Below, one piece after another: positions 33,997 to 48,451 of a DNA stretch of 64,000 bases. Position 1 is the first letter of the stretch; each line of letters starts with the position of its first letter. The notes under the pieces were generated by a model, which saw only the letters and a list, made by a program, of their open reading frames with translations, was not told the DNA's origin and ran no database searches. The position numbers and the translations under genes are program-made. Source of the stretch: Squalus acanthias (Eukaryota); the NCBI GenBank assembly GCA_030390025.1, contig CM059432.1, forward strand, positions 75,022,001 through 75,086,000. Reading direction: 5' to 3'.

Positions 33997-36900
33997 TCCC
34001 TCCAAGAGTTTTGCAATATTCCCACAACCCATGACCCCCATTTCCCCAGTACTACCACATTCCAGTATGACACGATGAACAAAACAAGCAATGGATGCAG
34101 TGTTTATATGTACTAGTGCATCTCCCATTGGCCTTGGAGGGGGTACAGTGCAGATTCACCAGAATCATACCAGGCTAAATGATGAGGGCAGGTTGCATCG
34201 ACTAGGCTGGTATTCCCGTGAGTATAGAAGATTGTGGGGTGATATAATAAACCACAGCCCTCACCTGGACTATGCTCTGGGAATGCATCCTCTCCCTTGA
34301 GGTCTGCAGCTTCTCAATCTTCTTATGCAAGGCTCTTGCAGCAGATTGGTGTTTTGTTATACTGTATTTGTATACAGAATGTTTTTTCCACTCTCATAGG
34401 TATAGTATAATACAGGCAAAACTTACTTAGTAATTATTTTTGTAAATAATGAAATTTAAGAATACATTTGCCATCCCTGAGCTTTAACATTAAAAGAGCA
34501 CAAATAATAATGTATTCTGCTCCAAGTTGATGGTGGCATTCTTTTCTACCCTCCAATTTCTTTCTGGCACTCCTCTCTCTCTCTCTCTCTCTCCCCATTG
34601 ATGTTGCTTTTGTTTTCCTCCTCTCCTTAATTCACACTGTATTCTTTTCTCTTCCACCATTTAGGCTGACAGTCTTCACCTGTGCTAAGCACCATTCTAG
34701 AGCTTCAATTTCCTAACTCCAGCACCATTTTGATATCTTAAACTCCACTCCCCCCCCAAACAACATCCTCCCCTCTCTTGCTACTGTATCCGCAAGTGAA
34801 TTCGTGTCACCACACATTGTGGCAGGAATTTTCATGAGATCAGGATTCAATGCAGCAGCAGGAGACAACTGTCGCCAGTGACGGTAGGTTGGCGGGGGGG
34901 GGGGGTGCAAGAGAGCCAAGAGTGGCGGACCATGTTTGCAGGCAGAATAGCCCAACCTCACAGGCTAAATCCACGTAGTTTGCACATCCTTGGCCTCGAG
35001 TATCTGCCCTCTTAGTGGGAGAAGAACATTGAATAGCAAGAGATAGAAAAAAATTGGTACAGAACAGTCAGTGTTAATGTTTATATACGCAATGATTTAC
35101 TCGGAAATAGCTGGTCCTAAAATAAATTAAGTTCTTATATACAATTATTTCACTTATGGTACACACTGCCATGATGGTGATGACAGGATTTGCAGACCAA
35201 ATCCTGCACATCATGAGTCACTTGGACACATGAATCATTTACCAGATGATGAGCACAATCCCTCTGGATGGCTGATTCAGTTTAATTTCTCTCCAGTAAT
35301 TAAACGGACTTACACTGGAGTTACTTCTTAAATCACAGTGGTGTCGTACCACATCTGCATGTGCTGTAACTTTCATTTATTTTGACATGAAAATTAACCA
35401 ACTCTGAAAATCAAAGCTTTATGCAAATCAAAGCTTAATTTGGTGACACACTAAATTAGTTTGGGCTTGTATCAAGGGTGTTTAATTAACTGCTAAAATT
35501 ATACAAGTGCTTAACCCCTTCAGTACTGGACTTTTAAATACTCCAGTATTCCTTTCAGTTAAATTTCAACAACAAACAATCAGAAATCAGCTGATTTGTG
35601 TACATTCAGGCTGAATTGCATGTGACTTATTTAATTAAAACAATTTAAACTGAGAATAATGTACATTCTTTTTCTGAGCTTTCAATTTCAGTGAATAAAC
35701 AGCTTATTGAGAGAAATCATATGAGAAATTACAACCAATAAAGATATTTTTAAAAATTGCAATCTTAGCTTGGATTACAAATATGTCCTTGGTTTCAAAC
35801 AAGGAACAACTCCAGCAAGATTTTGGGGTCATTTCACTTAGAGTAGAAGAAACACAGAGGAGAGAGACAAACTTAGAAATATTAAATAATATTGTTAATT
35901 GCTGTGTTCATTAAGGTAAGGAGAATCAGTGCTGGAGAGTGGGACATTCTCTACTTGGGTGCCCAGAGCTCGCATTAAGTTTTCACAAGCTAAGTGTAGC
36001 ACAGCCAAATGTAGTACTTCTCCTTTTCTGCCTAACAATTACAAGTTTCCCCATCAGATATCCTTATGTTCTCTCTAGCTTTTATATTTACACACAGCTT
36101 CATCTAGATCCTGATGTACACAAGGAGTCTTTTCTCTGTAAGCATGCTGGGCTCCCCTTTTTTCAGAGCTCTATGGAGAACAAACACATGGCAACAGCTC
36201 CCCATGTTTACATTACTAAAACCAGATTCCTACCTCAACATTTTGATGATGCCACTGGGATAAGGGAGCCAGGAATGTTTGTGTTACACAATGCATTCAA
36301 CAAATGGAGGCTGGATTTCCCTGTCAGTTACACTCATGTAGTGTGAATGAGACAACAAATTTATGGACAGTTATGTACATTGTGTTCACATTCATCAGAT
36401 AATGGATTGATACTGTGCATCTTGACATCACATTATACTCATTTGTGCTACTATTTCTGTAAATATAGTCTGATAACTCAGGCTGTAAATCTGCGGTAGT
36501 AGGTACAGCATGTGTGGCCAGTCTATACAGGCTGCAAACAACAGGTCGTTCCAGTTTCGTACAAAACTCAAAGCCCTTGGCTGCAAATGAGAGTTGGCGC
36601 AATATACATGTCTGTACATGCACAGTGGTTTCCTAATTTGAGAAAGCCAGAGGGCCCATTCTGCCTGGCAAGTATAACATATGAATAGTGGCATTAGAGT
36701 GATTGGCAGATTAGATAGCAATCTCCTGCTGAAACCTAAGAGTTAAGAGTTGGAAGCAATTGCAGAAAATTGGAGACATGCCATCTACAGGGAACTGCCC
36801 AAAAAGGAAGGAATCTCTTTAAAATTAATATGATTCTATGATAAATGAGTGCTTCTAAATCAGACCTGAGCATTGATAGCACAAGTGTACGTCTCTTCAA

Positions 36901-37309
36901 TTGAAGCAGCTGAGCTACTGTCAATGCGTGTTGCAATTTAAACTAGGTCTCAAATTTTAAAAGTCGACTTCACAATTTAAGATAAATTAAGGCTACTGTT
37001 ACAATTGTAGCTACTGATCTCTAACCAATATCTGTGCAGCATACTGCCAGCTGCACATCCATAGAGACTGCAAAAAGGTCAGCCACTAAATAGTACTGCT
37101 CTCCAGGCCACAAATTTTTAAACTTTAGAAGACCATCCTCTTAGAACTTTAAAAACACTCCAAACATAGTCTTAATATTCTTGGCTAATCTGATTGGAAC
37201 GTGGCCCAGTGGGCCTCCTGGGAACTTGTAAAATGTGTCTGGAGTTATACTGTAGGCTTTGGAAGTTTAAACCAGTGTGAAGTGGCATCTTGCCAGGGAT
37301 CTTACACTG

Positions 37310-38740
37310 CTACAAGTGCTGAAAAGTGGGATTAGGCTGGATAGCTCTTTGTCAGCCGGCACGGACAAGATGGGCCGAAAGGCCTCCTTCTGTGCTGTAA
37401 ATTTCTATGATTCTATATGATTCACTTTAGTGCACTCAGGTATCATAAGAATAATCTGACATCAAAGTTATACTGCCACTTACCACTGCAGTTTTTTGAG
37501 GATGTAACTGGCAGATTAGATAAGGGAGAACCAGTGGATGTGGTGTATTTGGATTTTCAGAAGGCCTTTGATAAGTCCCACATAAGAGGTTAGTGTGCAA
37601 AAATTAAAGCACATGGGATTGGGGGTAATATACTGGCATGGATTGAAAATTGGTTAACAGACAGGAAATAGAGAGTAGGAATAAATGGTTCTTTTTCAGG
37701 ATGGCAGACGGTGACTAGTGGGGTACCGCAGGGATCAGTGCTTGGGCCCCAGCTATTCACAATATATATCAATGATTTGGATGAGGGAACCAAATGTAAT
37801 ATTTCCAAGTTTGCTGATGACACAAAACTAGGTGGGATTGTGAGTTGTGAGGAGGATGCAAAGAGGCTTCAAGGCGATTTAGATAAGTTGAGTGAGCGGG
37901 CAAGAACATGGCAGATGCAGTATAACGTGGATAAATGTGAAGTTATCCATTTCGGTAGGAAAAACAGAAAGGCAGAGTATTATTTAAATAGTGATAGATT
38001 GGGAAACGTTGATGTACAAGGGGACCTGGGTGTCCTTGTACACCAGTCACTGAAAGCAAACATGCAGGTGCAGCAAGCAGTTAGGAAGGCAAATGGTATG
38101 TTGGCCTTCATTGCAAGAGGATTCGAGTACAGGAGCAAGGATGTCTTACTACAGTTATACAGGGCCTTGGTGAGACCACACCTGGAGTAGTGTGTGCAGT
38201 TTTGGTCTCTTTACCCAAGAAAGGATATACTTGCCATAGAGGGAGTGCAGCGAAGGTTCACCAGACTGATTCCTGGGATGGCAGGACTGTCGTATGAGGA
38301 GCGATTGGGTCGACTAGGCCTGTATTCACTAGAGTTTAGATGAATGAGAGGGGATCTCATTGAAACGTATAAAATTCTGACAGGGTTAGACAGACTGGAT
38401 GCAGGGAGGATGTTTCCCCTGGCTGGGGAGTCTAGAACAAGGGGTCACAGTCTCAGGATATGGGGTAGGACATTTAGGACTGAGATGAGGAGAAATTTCT
38501 TCACTCCGAGGGTGGTGAACCTGTGGAATTCTCTACCACAGAAGGCCATGGAGGCCAAGTCACTGAATATATTTAAGAAGGAAATAGATAGATTTCTAGA
38601 CACAAAAGGGGTCAAGAGAGCGGGAATATGGTATTGAGATAGAGGATCAGCCATGATCATATTGAATGGCGGAGCAGGCTTGAAGGGCCAAATGGCCTAC
38701 TCCTGCTCCTATTTTTCTATGTTTTCTACATGTCTATGTG
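37310..38740 (+). mobile_element. CR1 3' tail (about 37310-37423) and CR1 RT-to-3' fragment (about 37490-38740)
   Basis: GVPQGSVLGPQLF, KFADDTKL, LVRPHLE and MRGDLIETYK; CR1 3' UTRs. Confidence 0.92.
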
Positions 38741-39070
38741 GAGTCTAAACCATTTTCCATCGTTGCAAAAGTAGCAGTATAACTGCAGCCCAATTTTTAA
38801 TACATTTTCTTTCATTCACAAGTTAAACATTGCAAGACTTCGAAAGCAACTTTGTGCCATTTTATTTGCTTTCAAGGAATTTTCTATTGTAATGACTAAT
38901 GTCTTGCAGTGTTCGATGCAGTCAATGAATTTACACACGATGGGTTAGGTAAGCCTCTAAGCTCAAGGAACACAAACCACACACTGGGCAAACACACCAC
39001 CACCAGCTCTGGGAGTCAGTGTTTATAACACAATAAATCAAATAGCACACCTTTGCCCTTATGAAACCCA

Positions 39071-39244
39071 GGGAGTAAATTTCAACTTCGGCACAGCACA
39101 AATCGGGTGTTAGTGGATTGGCCGTCTATCATATACCTCTGCCGATTTTCCCTTCCATTGACTGCAAATCAGGCGGTGTATAATGGGCAGCCGATCTGCT
39201 ACTGCCTGTTTTGTGCCCTGCTGAAATTGAAATATTAGTCCCCC
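39071..39244. mobile_element. Palindromic MITE-like element (about 170 bp)
   Basis: atttcaacttcggcacagcacaaa pairs with tttgtgccctgctgaaattgaaat; inner arms are also partly complementary. Confidence 0.6.
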
Positions 39245-40479
39245 AATTTTTAAAATTTTTTTTTTTTACACTCATGAAAGACACAGATATTATACACCAG
39301 GGGATATTCTCCAGACAAAATCTAATGTCAGCAGCAGTCCTTCTGCATACCGTCCTCCCACAATGTTTTTGTAATCCTTAAATATTACCATCCAGCATCT
39401 TCCTATACTCAAGACACTACGTCACTAAATGGACTTTTAATAAATAATGCACCCTGAGCTTTACAACACAACACAGCTCTGACAGATGAGCTCTCATGAG
39501 CAAAGGTCAGAAGCCACATTGAAGCTGACTGATTTGTTATCTGATAGCTGGCAAATCCTAGGAAGTAAATACAGCTGGAGATCTTCTTGCAAGTAATCAG
39601 ATACTTGTCATACACAGTACCCCCAAAATTAACAGGATCTATAAAGAAACATGCATAATGCAATTGTAGTACAGCCTACATTTTACCTTTGACGGAAATG
39701 TTAAATGAATTTTAGAAACCATACGAACGCTTAGCTTTTGCGATTAGAAAATGTGTACAGTCTTGCATTAAGGAAACTACAAATAGGAAAAGGAATACAT
39801 TTTATGAAACAACAGCATACTCCTGTTAATTTGAAGTCATTTTTCCTCAAATAAAAGTTTGAACTATCCAATAGTTGAAATTAAGCAATTCTAGGTGAAA
39901 CAGCAAAGCAACACAGAATAGGAAAACAAAAAACCCATAAAGCATTAAAGCAACTATTGAACTTCATGTGACTGAAATTTGAGCACAGTACAGGCTGCAC
40001 AACGTAATGTTCAATCATGTTGCAAAACACTCTTGTGATTGCCTACAACACATTTGTCCATCAAGTGTTTAGTTCAGTGAAAACTTCCATCGGGACATCT
40101 GGCTTAGTTGCCAGCCACTTCATCAATTGCACATAATTGGATGCTATGGCTACAGTGGTGGCTGGTTTATTTTCATCCATCTACTCACTGCATCCACTTA
40201 TTTGGGCTTTCTGCTCTCTAGTAGCAGTAACTTCCCACGAAGCATTAACAATATTAGTGTCAGTCAGCAATTAGACATCGGTACTTCCTTATCAACACAA
40301 GAAGCAGTTAGTTATAAATCATATCAGAACCTTAGACCAACATATGTCAACGGTTTCATTATTGCCTGGTCTGTTTATGCATGTGGCCATATACCAGGAA
40401 ATCAATGAACTGCAGGGAAAACATGCAGTATACAGGAAAACTAACGATATGGATAACAGTGCAAACCCAATCCAAGTAT

Positions 40480-40900
40480 GGTGTGGAGACAACTTAGGAA
40501 ACAGAAGGTAGCAACAAATGGGAACTTTTGAGGCTGCAAGAGTCTACAAGCAGAGAGCTCAAGTCAGTCCTGGGACCATTGCTCCTTGTACTGTATATAC
40601 ATCCGCAGACAAGACCATCATAAGCAAAAACACCAAGTTTGCATATAATATCAAGATAGGAAGCTAGGCAACTCATTTGAACAGTAGGTGGCAGGTGCAG
40701 TTCAACGTAAACAATTGTAAAACTGTTAGTATGGGAACAAGAACCAAAAGCAAGAATATATGTTAAATGGAACAGCTGTACAGATCTGGAATAGAAAAGA
40801 TATATGAGGGCTACAATGAATAAATCTATGAATCCATGGCTTAGCTACAGTTTAAAAAAAAAGCAAATATGGTTTTCAATAGCACAGGCATTGAAATACA
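40480..40900 (+). mobile_element. Very old CR1 RT remnant
   Basis: Degenerate SVLGPLL, WQVQFNVNNCK and KKANM motifs. Confidence 0.55.
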
Positions 40901-42621
40901 GAATATCTCAATTTTATCTTAAGAAAACTCAGTAATAAATGTAAAGACACAATGAACAAGTGTGTTGTTCATTACTACTGTCCAACTAGCTCAAAACAAA
41001 AATTAGTTACGCCTTCTTTATACTAGCGAGAGACAACCCTGCAATGTAAATAACGCGATCTTGTCCTTCTGGAGTAGAAATCCTCCTCAAACAGCAGTTT
41101 TATTGGATGTCTGTGACAAGCAGTAGCAAACTAAATGATTCCAGGCAGCATCACGTTTCTCTAGGTCTGTCATCTTAGACCTGGTTGTTGATGGGCTACC
41201 CTACTCTTAGACCAGCTAAAGGCACACTGCTGGTCTGTACAAGCCTTTGACCCCAACTCTGGGGATGGACCTAGCAAGATTATCATGGTTACAAAAAACA
41301 TTTTGAACTAATGTTAGATGTAGTTTTGAACTTCTGAACAACTCTATCCTATTATTAATGGTGATTCAGCAGCAATGGGAGCTCACTAATTACAAATTCA
41401 CTTCCAATGGAAGTGGTTCTTTAATATAAAAGGGTCCATTAAGAGTAACTTCCTGAGATATTTGTTTCCATATTTACCACTCATCTTTGTTGGAGAGACT
41501 GAAACACTTTATATAGAATATACTTTAACTCTAATGGTGACTCTTCAAGTCAGTTATCTTCCACATGCCTTGGACAAATCAAACAATTCAAAGGAGGAAA
41601 GCCACTGTGGACGTATGAAATTTCTAGTCTCTTGCCCTCTGCCACACTGACTTGAAAATCTTTTATGGCATTTGATGTACTAATTGAACCTATTTATATT
41701 GTGCTCTTTTTAGACAATATTTAGTATTTGGACTGTCTCCCGTTATCTTCTTGTATTTAGATTTTCTCTAACTACGCTTTTCCTGTTGTGATACTGAAGT
41801 AATGTTTTATTATTGCACTGTGTTTCTTTACTTATTCTATTTTCCAGGACCATTTTCACACCTTGTGTCTTTTAAGCTGTTTTTGTAGATCCCTGTATAT
41901 CTCCCAAAATTCAGCCCTTCTTTTTCCCTTTATTCTTTATGTATTCTATTTCTTCCTTGAATTTTCATTTGAATTGCCCTATTCATCCATTTCAGGGGGG
42001 TAGTTGTTTAGCTTATATCATTTATCTTGCTTTTTAAACATTATGGTTTTAAATTTGTTTCTTTTTCCCCTTCAAAATACATCATTCAGTAGCATCTTCC
42101 CAGTTAATTTCTTGGTTGTAATTGTGGAGCTAAGCCCTCGTTCCTTGTTAGATTCCACAATAGCAAGTGGCAACCTAGTCTCAAGCTCAATGTCAATGCT
42201 TCTCTATAACTCGCAACTAGCAAGGGCTGAAGAACAGTGAACGTTGCTTTGCCATTAGATTTCTACTTTCCCCTCACAGGAAAGCAGTTCACTTATGCTT
42301 TTTGCCTCCCTCAGACATCCAGCCCGAGGTCAGTTACTCATAGTATTTGGGAATTGTACATCTATAATTTTTACTGCTTCACCACCGGCATGATTTTAAC
42401 GAGCAGCAGTTAGAATTTGACATTGCTTTAATTTTTTTTAAACTATTATTACTGAAGATTAACTACACTCCTCCTTGTATTACTGGACAGTATGAAGAAA
42501 CTGAATTAATTGAACACCCTGGGTTAACACCGAGATCAACTGGCGTTAATTCAGCCCCCTTACACTGAAGAAGCCAGCATCCTAGTGATGTCATCAGGTC
42601 ATACCATTTAAAAAAAACATT

Positions 42622-43686
42622 CAACAACTACTTATATTTATAGCACACTCGCCTGTGAGTCAGAAGGTTGTGGGTTGAAGTCCTACTCCAGGGACTTGAG
42701 CACATAAAGCTAGGCTGACACTCCAGTGCAGTGCTGAAGGAGTGCTGCACTATCGGAGGTGCCGTCTTTCGGACGAGACGTTAAACCAAGGCCCCGTCTG
42801 CTCTCTCAGGTGGACGTAAAAGACCGAATGGCACTATTTCGAAGAAGAGTAGGGGAGTTATCCCCAATGTCCTGGCCAATATGTATCCCTCAACCAAATA
42901 ACAAAAAAAAACCCAGATTATCTGGTCATTATTACTTTGCTGTTTGTGGGACCTTGCTGTGTGCAAATTGGCTGCCGTGTTTCCCATATCAAAAGTACTT
43001 CATTGGCTGTAAAGCGCTTTGAGACGTCCAGTGGTCGTGAAAGGCGCTATATAAATGCAAGTCTTTCTTTCTTATAGCACCTTTAACGTAGTAAAACGTC
43101 CCAAGGCGCTTCACAGGAGTATTATAAAGGCAAAAAATTTGACACCGAGCCACATAAGGAGAAATTAGGGCAGGTGACCAAAAGCTTGGTCAAAGAGGTA
43201 GGTTTTAAGGAGTGTCTTAAAGGAGGAAAGAAGTAGAGAGGCGGAGAGGTTTAGGCAGGGAATTCCAGAGTTTAGAGCCTAGGCGACAGAAGGCACAGCC
43301 ACCAATGGTTGAGCGATTATAGTCAGGGATGCTCAAGGCGGCAGAATTAGAGGAGTGCAGATATCTCGGAGGATTGTGGGGCTGAAGGAGATTACAGAGA
43401 TAGGGAGGGGCGAGACCATGGAGGGATTTGAAAACAAGAATGAGAATTTTGAAATCGAGGCGTTGCTTAACCGGGAGCCAATGTAGGTCAGCGAGCACAG
43501 GGGTGATGGGTGAATAGGACTTGGTGCGGGTTAGGACACGGGCAGCCATGTTTTGGATAACCTCAACTTTACGTAGGGTAGAATGTGGGAGGCCAGCCAG
43601 GAATAGTCAAGTTTAGAGGTAACAAAGGTATGGATGAGGGTTTCAGCAGCGGATGAGCTGAGGCAAGGGCGGAGACGAGCAATATC
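42622..43686 (-). mobile_element. L2 LINE 3' end, split by a SINE
   Basis: ORF 43217-43549 AARVLTRTK..ITPVLADLHWLPV..FKILIL..APPYL..LWNSLP. Confidence 0.9.
42647..43071 (+). mobile_element. Deu-domain SINE (SacSINE1-like), near full length
   Basis: tRNA-derived head remnant (gggttgaagtcc), Deu-like core and L2-derived tail gaaaggcgctatataaatgcaag(tctt)n; 9-bp TSD ttatagcac at 42638-42646 and 43072-43080. Confidence 0.85.
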
Positions 43687-44020
43687 AACAATATTTAAAT
43701 ATATATAAGTTGGCAAAAAAAACAAGTATCTAAGTTAATCATAATTCATTTAATTGATTTTTTTTTTTTTTTTTAAAAGGAAGCCCTGATAGAGATACTG
43801 TTCAATATTAACTGTTTAGAAAAACTATAAAAAATTTAAGAAATAATAAAAAGATTAACTGGGCCAGCCATATCAACAACATGGCTACAAGATCAATGCA
43901 AAGACAGAATACTCCGATGAGTGGCTCACCTCCTGACTCCGCAATGCATCTCCACCATCTACATGGCTCAAGATGAGTGTGCTGAAGACTCACCACTTGC
44001 CTAGGTGGGTGTGGTTGTGA

Positions 44021-44475
44021 CAACACTCAAGAAGCTCAACACCATCAAGGACAAAGCAGTCCACTTGGGCACCACTGCCACTAGACTCAATACCCACTCC
44101 CTCTATCACTGGCACGCTGTGGCTGCATTATGTTCCATCTACAGGATGCACTGCAGCAATTCACTAAACTTACTTTGACAACAACTTCTAACCCTGTGAC
44201 CTCTACCACCAAAGAGGGTAAAAGCAGCAAGATCATGGGAACACCATTACTTCCAAGCCATACTATCCGAACTTAGACATATAATCACTGTTTCTTAGTC
44301 ACTGGGTCAAAATCAGGGAATTCCCCATCAAACATCATTGTGGGAGCATCATCACCACAAGGATTGCAGTGGTTCTGGGAGAAGAGCCAGCACCACCACC
44401 TCAGGGCAATTAGGAATGGGCAATAAATGCAGCCTTGCCAATGTCACCCACATCCCAAGACAATTTAAAAAAAAT
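44021..44475 (+). mobile_element. Old family-B LINE 3' fragment
   Basis: caacactcaagaagctc..ggacaaagcag..gggcaataaatgc..cacatccc plus an A tail; homologous to 33530-33996. Confidence 0.85.
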
Positions 44476-44559
44476 AACTGCCGTATTTTCTAATGTGTGA
44501 TACATATCATTTATCAGCTACCGTCAGCAGCCAGGCAGCGTTAACAGAACAGCAGGAAG

Positions 44560-44890
44560 ACTATGACAAAATGAAAGGCTTCCTGGTACCTTGCCCAAAT
44601 TAGTATTCTTCATGTATGAACCTAGACAGCGAGTGTCACTAGGCAATGTAACTGCGACATTACAGCTGTATCTGATCCTGTTCTTCAGCTAGAATCTTAG
44701 GATATAAATCAGGAGTGGGAACCCTAGCTGACCTTTTTCCCCATCTAGTCCAGTACTCTGAGGCCAATACTAGTGACCCTACTGTTGCCCCAGTCAAGAT
44801 CAACCAACTCAGCACCAACAACAGATATGGGGATTTCTGGTCTAACTGGCTCAGTCTACACTAGATAGTGGCAATTCAGACTACCCTTAA
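44560..44890 (-). repeat. Old SINE-like repeat
   Basis: Similar to 8745-8960 and 26545-26615 in the opposite orientation; family not identified. Confidence 0.4.
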
Positions 44891-45723
44891 CCAGCTAATT
44901 GTGATTTTGTGCAGATGGTTGTCTAAACAATGATTCCCAGTACATACAGAGCTAAATACGGCAGAAAACCTAGCGGAGTATAGAAAGTGCAAGGGTGAAA
45001 TTAAAAAGGAAATTAGGAATTCAAAGAGAGAGCATGAAAAAATATTGGTAAGTAAAATCAAGGAAAACCCAAAAGATGTTTTACATAAACAGCTGGAGGA
45101 TAACTAAGGAAAGAGTCAGGCCTATTAGAGAAGAAAAAGGTAACCTGTGTGTTGAGGCAGAAGATGTGGGTATCATTCTTAATGAATACTTTGCGTCCGT
45201 CTTCACAAAAGAGAGGGACGATGCAGACATTGTAGTTAAGGTGAAGGAGTGTGAAATATTAGATGAGATAAACATAGAGAGAGAGGAAATATTAAGGGGT
45301 TTAGCATCTCTGAAAGCAGATAAATCACCAGGCCCAGATGAAATGTATCCCAGGCTGTTGAGAAGCAAGGAAGGAAAGAGCAGATGCTCTGACCATTATT
45401 TTCCAATCTTCTCTGGCTACAGGTGTGGTGCTGGAGGACTGCTAACGTACCGTCGTTTAAAAAGGGACAAAGGGATATGCTGAGTAATTACAGGCCAGTC
45501 AGCCTAACCTCGGTGGTGGGCAAATTAGTGGAAAAAATTCTAAGGGACAGTATTAACCGTCATTTAGAAAGGCACGGATTAATCAAGGACAGTCAGCATG
45601 GATTGGTTAAGGGAAGGTCATGTCTGACTAACTTGATTGAATTTTTTGAGGTGGTAACAAGGACGGTCGATGAGGGTAGCATGTTTGATGTAGTCTATAT
45701 GGATTTTAACAAGGCTTTTGACA

Positions 45724-47338
45724 AGAATATAAGAATTAGGAGCAGGAGTAGGAGTAAGCCATACGGCCCATCGAGCCTGCTCCGCCATTCAATAAGGTCA
45801 TGGCTGATCTTCGACCTTAACTCCACTTGCCTGCCCGATCTCCATATTGGGCAACACGGTGGCATAGTGGTTAGCACTGGTGCCTCACAGCGCCAGAGAC
45901 CCGGGTTCGAATCTGACCTCGGGTGACTGTCTGTGTGGAGTTTGCACATTCTCCCCGTGTCTGCGTGGGTTTCCTCCGGGTGCTCCGGTTTCCTCCCACA
46001 GTCCAAAAATGTGTGGGTTAGGTTGATTTGGCTATGATAAATTGACCCTTAGAGTTAGGGGGGATTAAATATGTGGGGTTATGGGGATAGGATGGGATAT
46101 GTTAGGGGGAATTAAATACTTGGGGTTACGGGGGTAGGGTGGGATATGTGTACTGTGGGGATTAAAGCAGGGACAGGGTACTGGATTTGGATGATCAGCC
46201 ATGATCGTATTGAATGGCGGAGCAGGCTCGACGCATCCACAGCCCTTTGGGGTAGAGAATTTCAAAAATTCACAACCCTCGGAGTGAAGAAATTCATCCT
46301 CATCTCAGTCTTAAATGGCTGACCCTTATCCTGAGACTATACCTCCTAGATCTAAACTCTCCCACCAAGGGGAAAGAACCTCTCAGCATCTACCCTGTCA
46401 ATCCCCCTCAGAATCTTAGATGTTTCAATCAGATCACCTCTCATTCTTCTAAACTCCAGAGAGTATAGGCCCAATCTATTCAATCTCTCCTCATAGGACA
46501 ACCCATTCATCCCAGGGATCAATCTAGTGAACCTTCGTTGCACTGCCTGTAAGGCATGTATGTCCTTTCTCAGACAAGGAGACCAAAACTCTGCACAGTA
46601 CTCCAGGTGTGGTCTCACCAAAGCCCTGTACAATTGTAGTAAGACTTCCTTACTCCTACACTCCAACCCCCTTGCAATAAAGGACAACATGCCATTGGCC
46701 TTCCTAATTGCTTGCTGTACCTGCATGTTAACTTTGTGTTTCTTGTACGAGGACACCTAAATCTCTCTGAACACCAACATTTAATAGTTTCTCACCACTT
46801 AAAAAATATTCTGTTTTTCTATTCTTCCTAAAAGTGAATAACCTCACATTTCCCCACATTACACTCCATCTGCCACCTTATTGTCCACTCACGTAACCGG
46901 TCTATATCCCTTTGCAGGCTCTGTGTCATCCTCACAGCTTACATTCCCACCTAGCTTTTTATCGTCAACAAACTTCGATACATTGCACTCGGTCCCTTCA
47001 TCTAAGTCATTAACATAAACAGTAAGTAGCTGAGGCCCAAGCACTGATCCTTGCGGCACCCGACTAGTTACAGCCTGCCAACCGGAAAATGACCCTTTAT
47101 CCCTACTCTCTTGTTTTCTGTTCATTAACCAATCCTCTATCCATGCGATATTACCCAAACCCCATGAGCCCTTATCTTGCTTAGCAACCTTTTATGTGGC
47201 ACCTTATTTATTGCCTTTTGGAAATCCAAATATACTACATCCACTGGTTCCCCTTTATCTACCCTGCTAGTTACATCCTCAAAAAACTCTAATAAATTTG
47301 TTAAACATGATTTTCCTTTCAGAAAACCATGCTGACTG
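45724..47338 (-). mobile_element. CR1 3' half, antisense nested insertion
   Basis: QHGFLKGKSCLTNL, VPQGSVLGPQL and LVRPHLEYC; 3' tail at 45724-45800. Confidence 0.9.
45849..46232 (+). mobile_element. HE1-like V-SINE
   Basis: tRNA head with A box tggcatagtgg and B box ggttcgaatc; V-domain ctgtgtggagtttgcacattctccccgtgtctgcgtgggtttcctccgggtgctccggtttcctcccacagtccaaa; CR1-derived tail gatcagccatgatc..gaatggcggagcagg. Confidence 0.9.
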
Positions 47339-48032
47339 GCAGACTCATCAGAAAAGTAAAAGCCCATGGGATCCAAGGACAAGTGGCAAGTTGAATCCAA
47401 AACTGGCTAAGTGACAGGAAAAGGGTAATGGTCGATGGATGTTTTTGTGACTGGAAGACTTTTTCCAGTGGGGTTCTGCAGTGCTCAGTACTAGGTCCCT
47501 TGCTTTTTATGGTATATATCAATGATTTGGACTTCAATGTAGAGGGCATGATTAAGAAGTTTGCAGATGATACAAAAATTGACTGTGGTTGATAGTGAGG
47601 AAGAAAGCTGTCGACTGTAGGAAGATATCAATGGACTGGTCAGGTGGGCAGAAAAGTGGCAAATGGAATTTAATCTGGAGAAGTGTGAGGTAATGCATTT
47701 CGGGAGGGCGAACAAGGCAAGGGAATACACAATAAATGGTAGGATACCGAGAAGTGTAGAGGAACAGAGGGACCTTGGAGTGCATGTCCACAGATGCCTG
47801 AAGGTAGCAGGGCAGGTAGATAAGGTGGTTAAGAAGACATATGGGATACTTTCCTTTATTAGCCGAGGCATCAAATTAAAGAATGGGAGGTTATGCTTGA
47901 ACTGTATAAAACACAAGTTAGGCCACAGCTAGAGTAGTGCGTACAGTTCTGGTCACCACATTACAGGAAAGATGTGATTGCACTAGAGAGGGTACAGAGG
48001 AGATTCATGAGTATGTTGCCAGGACTGGAGTA

Positions 48033-48451
48033 CAGGAAACTTTCGTTTATCCGGCATCGACGGGACCGGCGTGGTGCCGGTTTATCGAAAGTACCGGATA
48101 ACGGAGAGTTATATCTACCGAGGCTATTTTTAACAAAGAGACTCCAGGCAGCACGGGAGAATCAACTCCTGCTACTGCAGTGTTTCGGACTTCCGACAGC
48201 GCCAGGAGGCCGAGTAGTGGCACTTTTGAAAAGTACCCCTACTGACTAAATCGGCGTTCGCGGACTCGGACTCGGGATCGGCAACATTGCCGGTTATTTG
48301 AGAGGAGTTTTCGGAGCACTCGGCATTCGCGGAGACTCGACTGCGACTCGGCAACATTGCCGGTTATTTGAGAGGAGTTTTCGGAGGATAATTTTTGCCG
48401 GTTAAGCGAGAATTCCGGATATTTGGGTGCCGGATAAACGAAAGTTTCCTG
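48033..48451. mobile_element. Tc1/mariner-superfamily (Tigger/pogo-like) MITE, 419 bp
   Basis: Perfect 24-bp TIR caggaaactttcgtttatccggca at 48033-48056 and 48428-48451; TA duplication at both ends. Confidence 0.93.

Noticed and set aside
48260..48390. CRISPR-like repeat-spacer array
   Set aside because: Only two repeat units, inside a eukaryotic MITE, with no cas genes.
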